NCBI RefSeq assembly: GCF_053078305.1
Contig: NZ_CP166878.1
From: a plasmid
Direction: 5' to 3' (one strand)
DNA: 32,715 nt
Position numbers and translations under genes: made by a program. Shown here one piece after another: positions 26,741 to 32,715 of the stretch. The notes under the pieces are model-generated. The model searched no databases. It had not been told where the DNA came from and was given only the letters and a program-made list of their open reading frames with translations. Position 1 is the stretch's first letter, and the number at the start of each line of letters is the position of its first letter.

Positions 26741-27031
26741 TTACTCTGCATCAGGATCTTGTAATAGTTTTGAAAGTTTGTACAACTCTTTCTCACCTGT
26801 CTGAACCAGTATAATGTTGACAAGAATATCACCATCAGGTAGTTCTTGGGCTGGCTCTCCTACCTCGTAAGGAATACCAAGCAGCCCGAATGTCTTAATC
26901 GTACCTGTTGGAATTTGCACTGTATTCATTGTTTTCGCTCCGATTTCCAGCCTCATCTTATCAGTCATAGCTTTGATAATAGCCTGACTGTCAGGTGACT
27001 GGGCCGCAATTACTTCTTCTAATGTTCTCAT
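26741..27031 (-). CDS. Hypothetical protein immediately upstream of vapD (possible cognate partner)
   Basis: 96 aa, 3-bp gap to vapD in the same operon; no sequence-level assignment possible. Confidence 0.5.
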   Translation of the reverse strand: MRTLEEVIAAQSPDSQAIIKAMTDKMRLEIGAKTMNTVQIPTGTIKTFGLLGIPYEVGEPAQELPDGDILVNIILVQTGEKELYKLSKLLQDPDAE

Positions 27032-27049
27032 CTGTTGATGCCCAATTTT

Positions 27050-27349
27050 TTACAGGTGGAAAGCCATACGCTTGCCTGTAGGCAATGTCACGTCCAGGCT
27101 TAACTCGCCGCCCAAAGCTTTTACATAACGTTTAAGCGTCGATATTCTCGGATCGTTGTCAGTTTGCTCCATCCTGGCAACTGATGGTTGTTTTACTCCC
27201 ATCATTGTAGCCAGTTCGGTTTGGGATATGTTCAGTTCATCACGTAAAGCACTAAGTGCGAGCTGAATGCTGGCTTTTTCAACTCGGTCGGCTACGTGCG
27301 CCTGCATTTCAGGACTCTCTTTAGCCAGTAGTTCTCTGTAGGTAGCCAT
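27050..27349 (-). CDS. XRE-family helix-turn-helix protein (HigA-like antitoxin/regulator candidate)
   Basis: HTH segment NISQTELATMMGVKQPSVARME and C-terminal LKRYVKALGGEL; start set at the ATG preceded by GGAGAAA RBS (ORF track extends to 27400). Confidence 0.65.
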   Translation of the reverse strand: MATYRELLAKESPEMQAHVADRVEKASIQLALSALRDELNISQTELATMMGVKQPSVARMEQTDNDPRISTLKRYVKALGGELSLDVTLPTGKRMAFHL

Positions 27350-27720
27350 GTTATTTCTCCAGTTTTGCAAGATGTTCACGGTATTCATTATATACTGCAT
27401 TATAACGAATACACTATAATTTCCAGAAGAACAGGGCTATTTAACATAATGGACGTTATCAGCACCACCGGATCACAGTTCGTTGTCAGATCTGAAAAAT
27501 CCGCTCAAAAGATCATGTTTTCCTGGGCGTTTTTCGTCGTTTTTTATGTTGCTTATTTGTTAATAAAATCTCGTTTCTTGTTTTGGCTGAATTTGGATGT
27601 GAAAGCCTTATATTTGCAAGTTATCCGGTGAAGGGAGGTAGCCGAGACTGAGGATTGATTGTTTTGTACAAGTTCTAATGCATAATGTGTACATATAGTA
27701 GCGTTAGCATAGGGCGTAGT

Positions 27721-28224
27721 ATGCACCAAGAGCAGGATATAGCAGATGCACTTCATGAATCCCTAGCCTATTTCAATCGATATTGTCGCTATTCGCTAAA
27801 AAGGCTTGCTGCGGATTATCAGGAAGAGATTGATAACTACCAGGATGATGTATGGGAGGCTCCGCAGCGCGCTGCGCGGTTAAGTGCAGCGGTAAAAAAC
27901 TATAAAACCTCACGGATGATTGAGTTTATTTTTTATATGGCTATAAAGCTCAATCTTGATTTAACCCCGCTGGTTGTTAAGCGTTTATGTTCTTGTCTTT
28001 TTCAGCGTACTGGTAGCCAGGAGCTTATTGTTGAGATTTTTGGAAAAAAGCAGCGTGTAAATCGTAGTGCTGATAATACAATGGAACGAATCAATGACGT
28101 GACTGAACGTTATCGTAAATCGGCCACAAGACATTGGCGTAAGACATTATCAGATATAGAAAAAGTTAAAAAAGGCTATCAGAAAGAAATACGTGCACGG
28201 AGAAAAAAGAAAAGCGGTAAATGA
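27721..28224 (+). CDS. Hypothetical protein with basic C-terminal tail
   Basis: ORF ending KEIRARRKKKSGK; start placement uncertain (ORF track 27685). Confidence 0.45.
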   Translation: MHQEQDIADALHESLAYFNRYCRYSLKRLAADYQEEIDNYQDDVWEAPQRAARLSAAVKNYKTSRMIEFIFYMAIKLNLDLTPLVVKRLCSCLFQRTGSQELIVEIFGKKQRVNRSADNTMERINDVTERYRKSATRHWRKTLSDIEKVKKGYQKEIRARRKKKSGK

Positions 28225-28350
28225 AGTGAACTCACTCACTACAAAGGTTGTGGGGGGAGAGTGGATATCTTTTAATCATTAGTGTATCTTTTTTCTGTCT
28301 GCGGGATAGGGAAGGGCAGACTGTAACCTATCATTAACCAATTCTCTGTC

Positions 28351-28384
28351 GAGGCAACGTTACGTTGCCTCTGGCAGCGTAACG
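28351..28384 (+). promoter_or_regulatory. Palindrome module 1 (GAGGCAACGT-T-ACGTTGCCTC + TGGCAGCGTAACG)
   Basis: 21-bp perfect palindrome followed by a conserved 12-mer, ending 26 bp upstream of ATG 28411; repeated at 28885-28917. Confidence 0.7.
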
Positions 28385-28410
28385 TGATCCTCTTGTTTGA
28401 GGTAAACGTT

Positions 28411-28761
28411 ATGAAAGACAATCAAAACCAATCACTCCAGGTAGGTGACGCAACTATTCGTATTGGTGACATTTTTCATACCCATTGGGGCTATGAGCAA
28501 ACTAATATCGAGTTTTATCAAGTTGTTTCACTACATGGAAAGAAAACAGTAGGGCTTCGGGAGATTGCTAGGGAAGTCGTAGAGCACACCAGTTGGTGTA
28601 GTGCAGAGATTCGCCCTGTTCCTGATAAGTTTATTGATGAAGCCATCCATAAACGCCGGGTTATCGCAAAATGGGGGTCTGTCCTTGTACGGTTCAGTGA
28701 TGTAACCAATGCATGGCGAACTTCACCAGAAGCTTTACACCATTGTTCCTGGGGATACTAA
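28411..28761 (+). CDS. Hypothetical protein (116 aa)
   Basis: ATG with GAGGT RBS; followed by a terminator; unknown family. Confidence 0.5.
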   Translation: MKDNQNQSLQVGDATIRIGDIFHTHWGYEQTNIEFYQVVSLHGKKTVGLREIAREVVEHTSWCSAEIRPVPDKFIDEAIHKRRVIAKWGSVLVRFSDVTNAWRTSPEALHHCSWGY

Positions 28762-28770
28762 ACGTTGTGA

Positions 28771-28796
28771 GAAGGCGCAGTTGCGCCTTCTTCTTT
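28771..28796 (+). terminator. Rho-independent terminator
   Basis: GAAGGCGCA-GT-TGCGCCTTC followed by TTCTTT. Confidence 0.7.
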
Positions 28797-28884
28797 ATGC
28801 GTGATAGATTGGTTCTGTCAGATGATGCAGCATCAATTTTGATGTTCTGACGTTTCAGCATCAAAGAACATTCACACAACTGTC

Positions 28885-28917
28885 GAAGCAACGTTACGTT
28901 GCTTCGGCAGCGTAACG
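28885..28917 (+). promoter_or_regulatory. Palindrome module 2 (GAAGCAACGT-T-ACGTTGCTTC + GGCAGCGTAACG)
   Basis: Same architecture and same spacing to the ATG as module 1, with a symmetric G/C to A/T change that preserves the palindrome. Confidence 0.7.
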
Positions 28918-28943
28918 CAGCTTCTGAATACAGGAGTCTGGTT

Positions 28944-29303
28944 ATGACTAGTGTTATAAACAATTTATCATCGTTAAACCTGATCCCTTGCAGATCTCCA
29001 TTTGATTCTGTAATGGGAGAACGATGCTATCAGTCGATTGTTTCTGTTGATACATTCACTGATTTCATTGTTGAGGCTCAAGCTGATGGTATGCTGAATG
29101 AATGCAATCTTCGCGAAAATGATAGGTATTCTCGATTATTGAGAACATATCTTTTCAGGAGTATGGCAGTTATTCATGCTGTAATTGATCTACGAGCAGG
29201 TATTGTTCATTTGATTGTATACTCGCTCGTGACAAATGAGATTACGGAGTTTGAAGCCGAATATTTCATTTGTCAGATTCGTCAGAATCTAGACCGTTAT
29301 TGA
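28944..29303 (+). CDS. Hypothetical protein (119 aa)
   Basis: ATG 28944 with AGGAG RBS (ORF track starts at TTG 28899 inside the palindrome); followed by terminator. Confidence 0.5.
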   Translation: MTSVINNLSSLNLIPCRSPFDSVMGERCYQSIVSVDTFTDFIVEAQADGMLNECNLRENDRYSRLLRTYLFRSMAVIHAVIDLRAGIVHLIVYSLVTNEITEFEAEYFICQIRQNLDRY

Positions 29304-29320
29304 TCTGATTCTGAACTGTA

Positions 29321-29349
29321 AGGGAATGCTATTGCATTCCCTTTTTTTC
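29321..29349 (+). terminator. Rho-independent terminator
   Basis: AGGGAATGC-TATT-GCATTCCCT followed by TTTTTTT; the convergent minus-strand gene's last codons overlap the hairpin. Confidence 0.7.
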
Positions 29350-29925
29350 TATCAGTGTTGAAAGTTTTTCGCTGTATTCTTTTCGATTATGATGTAATTT
29401 TAGCCTAACGTTAGAAAACTTTTTAAGAACAACTCTTCTATTGCTATAGAAGTCCTTTTTTGATATTTCTCCACAAAGATAAAGAATCCGTTGTTGCTTA
29501 ATGATGTTATCTGTAAGGGTGATAAGGGATATCATCATCATAACAACAGGCGATATAAGAACAGGTATTTTTATTTTTTTGTTATCATTATTTATATGGT
29601 TGTATATATCTTTATAATTTGGTATTTCTGAAACAGTTTGTTTTAAGTGTTCGTAATGCGACGAAAACTCATCTTTTTGAATACGGATAATTTCTTCTGC
29701 TTTTGGCAATAATGATTTTGCAACTATATGTTTTATATAGTGCTCTTTGTTTTTATAACGTTTTAGATTGCTTGATGTAAAAAGAATTTCAAGATATTTA
29801 ATTGTATTAATCGCATCGGTAACATGATGCTTGTGAATAAGTTTTTCACTATGTAATTTGTTGTCAATTTCTCCAATAAGAAATTGATCATTTATTCTTA
29901 AATTAAGTTGTTTTCTCTCCATCAT
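29329..29925 (-). CDS. Hypothetical protein with single central TM helix (198 aa), second gene of AT-rich operon
   Basis: ORF with AAGGTGG RBS embedded in the upstream gene's end; hydrophobic segment IPVLISPVVMMMISLITL; unusually AT-rich relative to neighbours. Confidence 0.55.
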   Translation of the reverse strand: MMERKQLNLRINDQFLIGEIDNKLHSEKLIHKHHVTDAINTIKYLEILFTSSNLKRYKNKEHYIKHIVAKSLLPKAEEIIRIQKDEFSSHYEHLKQTVSEIPNYKDIYNHINNDNKKIKIPVLISPVVMMMISLITLTDNIIKQQRILYLCGEISKKDFYSNRRVVLKKFSNVRLKLHHNRKEYSEKLSTLIEKKGMQ

Positions 29926-30380
29926 ATATACCCACCTTTTTCTTCAACTAGTGTCAGTTTATCAGTCGATGCGATTTTGTTACCACTCATAAAAAACATA
30001 CTGACCCATAAGTACAAATCTGATTCATAGTAAAATCCTTCGTGTTTTTTTAGTTTGCTTAAAGTGCTATAATGTTCATCCTTATTTTTTGCATAATAAA
30101 GTTTGACAATAAGGTAACACTCTTCCTGTGTTCCCTTTGATAAACACCAATCGAATATTCCATCCCATGAGATATTTTCTAAGCTAAAAAAGTTCTGTTT
30201 TCTTAATTTCTGGCGTTGTCTGTTTAAAAGAATGCTTTGTTGAGTATCGTTGTATTGCTGGGCACCAAGAACAGGATCTTCACAGCGAACGCCACGAACA
30301 GGGCGTTTGTCAAATGACAGTTCCCATAGGTTAATATCTGGTATGAACTCGTAATCTTCCGGTTTCGCCAGACGGAACAT
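29922..30380 (-). CDS. Hypothetical protein (about 152 aa), first gene of AT-rich operon
   Basis: Start set at the ATG preceded by AAGGA RBS (ORF track extends to TTG at 30449); stop overlaps the downstream gene start (ATGA-type coupling); no family recognised. Confidence 0.5.
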   Translation of the reverse strand: MFRLAKPEDYEFIPDINLWELSFDKRPVRGVRCEDPVLGAQQYNDTQQSILLNRQRQKLRKQNFFSLENISWDGIFDWCLSKGTQEECYLIVKLYYAKNKDEHYSTLSKLKKHEGFYYESDLYLWVSMFFMSGNKIASTDKLTLVEEKGGYI

Positions 30381-30460
30381 AACGCTATCCTTTGTCTGTT
30401 GTGTGTTCGGTAGTTCTGGTTTACCGTAAAACAAAAATTTTTTCAACAAAGGTGTTTAAT

Positions 30461-30676
30461 ATGAGCGATAAGATCCAAGAAATCACACAAAAAATTGAGA
30501 AATTGCAGATAAAATTGAGCAAAATTGAAGAGGAAAAAAACAAGATACAATCAAAGCTGGTTAAGTTAGAAGAAGAGAAAAAATCAATACAGCGCAAGCT
30601 GATTCTACAGGAGAAAAGAGAAGAGCTTGAAATGCTTTTAGACAAAGAAAGTTTTGATATTTTATTCAATAAATGA
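30461..30676 (+). CDS. Small coiled-coil protein (71 aa)
   Basis: Heptad-like K/E/I/L-rich sequence (IQEITQKIEKLQIKLSKIEEEKNKIQSKLVKLEEEKKSIQRKL); AAAGGTG RBS; divergent from the AT-rich operon. Could be a chance ORF in AT-rich DNA. Confidence 0.4.
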   Translation: MSDKIQEITQKIEKLQIKLSKIEEEKNKIQSKLVKLEEEKKSIQRKLILQEKREELEMLLDKESFDILFNK

Positions 30677-30692
30677 GCATGATTTTTGGGAG

Positions 30693-30721
30693 AATTGCCC
30701 TCTGATTATCAGAGGGCAATT
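30693..30721. other. 29-bp palindrome (AATTGCCCTCTGAT-T-ATCAGAGGGCAATT)
   Basis: Perfect 14-bp arms; weak T-run, so a terminator or protein-binding site is equally possible. Confidence 0.6.
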
Positions 30722-30974
30722 TGTCATTGGTAGTGCCTATTACCGTTAGTTATGATCACGAAAAACGCGATGATTGTTCATTACAATGCCCTATCGTTAG
30801 ACAGGACATGTGAGCGTTTTATCAACAACGTAAGCAGAATTTTTTGCAGAAATGATCCTGCATCAATACTGAAAATCGTTGTTGTCTTACATGTGTTAAA
30901 CATGATTTTTTAGTCAATTTCATAACAAAATATACCTACGTTTTTTTGGGAAGTCCTCTTACTGAACCAACAGA

Positions 30975-31885
30975 AAGAGGACGAAAAAGAGGAAACATGA
31001 ATGTTTCCTCTGCCATGTTACTACCGTGAATTTTCAGCTACTTATCTGTACTGGTTGCCTCCAGTATTTTCAGATTCATCTACAGACTTCGGCTATATCG
31101 TCTGTAGATTTTTGCGCCTACTCGTTCACTCTCCCACACTCAGGAATGTAATTTCGGTGCCACCCGAAATTTTCCAGAGTGCTTCCCACGTTAGCTGATC
31201 TTGTCGGGATAACCCGCCACTGGCTCAGACAAACTACTAGGCTACGCCTTACCATTTCTGGCTTTCAGGGGGCCGAGATTCCAAAGCACCTCCCTTACTC
31301 ATAATTTGCCGTCAACACCATAGCCAGACACTTAAGTCATGGCTGGTTATCACTTACCCGAATGCGACCTCTTCGGACGCAATTACAGGCTTGAGCTTTA
31401 CAGCGATCTGCAAAGGTTGCCCCTCACAGTACCGACGTTTCCAGGTTTCCCCTCAACGCCCTGACACCTCACGATGCCCTCAGCAGCCCACCTGTCGGGA
31501 ATATGTTGTACCTTCTCAAGCACCCCATATTCGGGATTTTCACCCGTTCAAGATCAACAGGGATCACGTAGTCACCTACGTTCCCGTTTCCGTGTCGCCC
31601 AGTCTCACGCTTTGGCGTGGATTGGGTCGGACAGGGGAGTTTCACCCCCGAACGCCCTTCGTAGCCGTACCAGCCCAATTACAGGCATACGGCTTCGGCA
31701 GTAACTGTTATCAGGGTTGGCAGTCCTGATAACTCACCTTCGTTTGGCAGACGAAGGCTTTTGGCTTTTTTCGTCTTTCGACTTCCCAAAAATGCGTCGA
31801 GAGTTGGCAGCTCGCAACGCACGTTTTGTTACGTAAGCGATGCTTGATAGTCCGGCGCCCGAAAGGCTCGCATCGAGCCGGACAT
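30975..31885 (-). ncRNA. Candidate ~900-nt structured non-coding RNA (unclassified)
   Basis: ORF-free, G-rich on the minus strand; minus-strand sigma70-like promoter (-35 TTGCGC, 17-bp spacer, -10 TATTAT at 31918-31890) and a minus-strand terminator (GAGGAAACAU-UC-AUGUUUCCUC then UUUUU) at 31003-30975; many internal hairpins. Confidence 0.3.
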
Positions 31886-31996
31886 CAGTATAATATTTAA
31901 CCTGTAAGCGCAGCGCAAGGAATCTCTTTATAAGGTATTCCCATATGTTGATTTCTTTTATGTAGCGGTTACTACATAGCTTTTATGAGGATTTCG

Positions 31997-32689
31997 ATGA
32001 TTTACCGTTTTAAAACCGATTTTATGCGTCAGATAGCCATGCTGTTTTCGCTGGGATATACAAGGTGGTTTGGTGGCGAAATTCCTCTAAACCCTCACTA
32101 TAAATTCGTGTCACTAAAAGCACGTTTTGATGAACTCTACGCTATCAATGCAACAGCACAACAACGTTTCAGGAGAAGAGAAAAAGGAGTAGCAAACTGC
32201 AAATTTCTTGTCTGGTTTGATGAAAAAAATGCAACTCTTTTATGGGTGTTACTTGCAACAGAAGGGGATGTATACAATGAAGAGAAATTTTATGATGGTA
32301 TGAATAAAAAAACTCGTATTTCTGTTTCAGGTTATGAACTAAAAACAGTTCCACATCGAGGTAGAAAACCTAGCGTTTCATGGGCTATGAAGAAAGAAAC
32401 TTATGAAAAGTGGCATGCGGATATAAAGAAGTCGATAAGAACAAGAAATGATGAGAATATAGAAAAATTATGGTATTCACTCAGGAGGGTGGCAGGGTTT
32501 AGTGAGTTACGTAGACAGGTATTTAAGTTACAGAGATATGCAATGACAGAGTGGAAACGCTCCAGAAGAGGTGAATATCCTTATGAGAAGATTTTTGTTG
32601 GATGGTTAGGACGATTTAAACAAAGTGAAACCATCACAGATGAAGAGCTTTTGTTAATATCGAAGTCAAAAAAAGCTGATATCTTTTAG
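31997..32689 (+). CDS. Hypothetical protein (about 230 aa), basic/aromatic-rich
   Basis: ORF with GAGGA RBS before ATG 31997 (track start 31985); preceded by inverted repeat ATGTAG-N6-CTACAT; no family recognised. Confidence 0.5.
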   Translation: MIYRFKTDFMRQIAMLFSLGYTRWFGGEIPLNPHYKFVSLKARFDELYAINATAQQRFRRREKGVANCKFLVWFDEKNATLLWVLLATEGDVYNEEKFYDGMNKKTRISVSGYELKTVPHRGRKPSVSWAMKKETYEKWHADIKKSIRTRNDENIEKLWYSLRRVAGFSELRRQVFKLQRYAMTEWKRSRRGEYPYEKIFVGWLGRFKQSETITDEELLLISKSKKADIF

Positions 32690-32715
32690 TTTTATCAACA
32701 TAGCGTGAGGTGCTT

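Noticed and set aside
31391-31729. Plus-strand ORFs of 65-112 aa within the candidate RNA region (31001-31198, 31391-31729, 31474-31704) and minus-strand 31469-31678
   Set aside because: Pro/Arg/Ser-rich low-complexity translations with no RBS; mutually overlapping frames typical of GC-rich non-coding sequence.
31660-31830. Canonical group II intron on the minus strand (GUGCG at about 31826, domain-V-like hairpin at 31693-31663)
   Set aside because: The domain-V-like hairpin lies only about 130 nt from the putative 5' end and about 700 nt from the 3' end, and there is no intron-encoded protein; kept only as a weak structural resemblance within the RNA finding.
1-32715. tRNA, rRNA or tmRNA genes
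   Set aside because: No T-loop GGTTCGAATCC-type motifs or rRNA-like conserved blocks were recognised by eye; not excluded computationally.

Overview
This window reads as a mosaic conjugative-plasmid segment, most likely from an enterobacterial-type host; all calls rest on reading the sequence and on remembered family motifs, with no database search run. A VirB/VirD4-type type IV secretion cluster (coupling protein, VirB11, then VirB3-, VirB2-, VirB4- to VirB10-like genes, a lipoprotein and a VirB1-like transglycosylase) is interrupted between virB11 and the virB3-like gene by a ccdAB toxin-antitoxin pair bracketed by two direct copies of a 194-bp repeat. Downstream lie a plasmid ssb, a ColE2-type Rep with an origin-like sequence, and an IncFII-type RepA module (antisense-target stem-loop, leader peptide) bounded by Tn21-like inverted repeats. 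The accessory half (19-32.7 kb) holds small membrane and lipoprotein genes, Tn1000-like debris including two miniature elements with intact 5-bp target-site duplications, a ParA/ParG-like partition locus, and an HTH-unknown-VapD operon. The strongest candidates for something undescribed are an AT-rich two-gene operon of unknown proteins (29.3-30.4 kb) and an adjacent ~900-nt ORF-free, G-rich region with its own minus-strand promoter and terminator (31.0-31.9 kb), followed by an orphan 234-aa protein; none of these could be assigned to a known family. The 194-bp repeat family (three copies, with compensatory hairpin substitutions) and a palindrome module upstream of two unknown genes are also unexplained.
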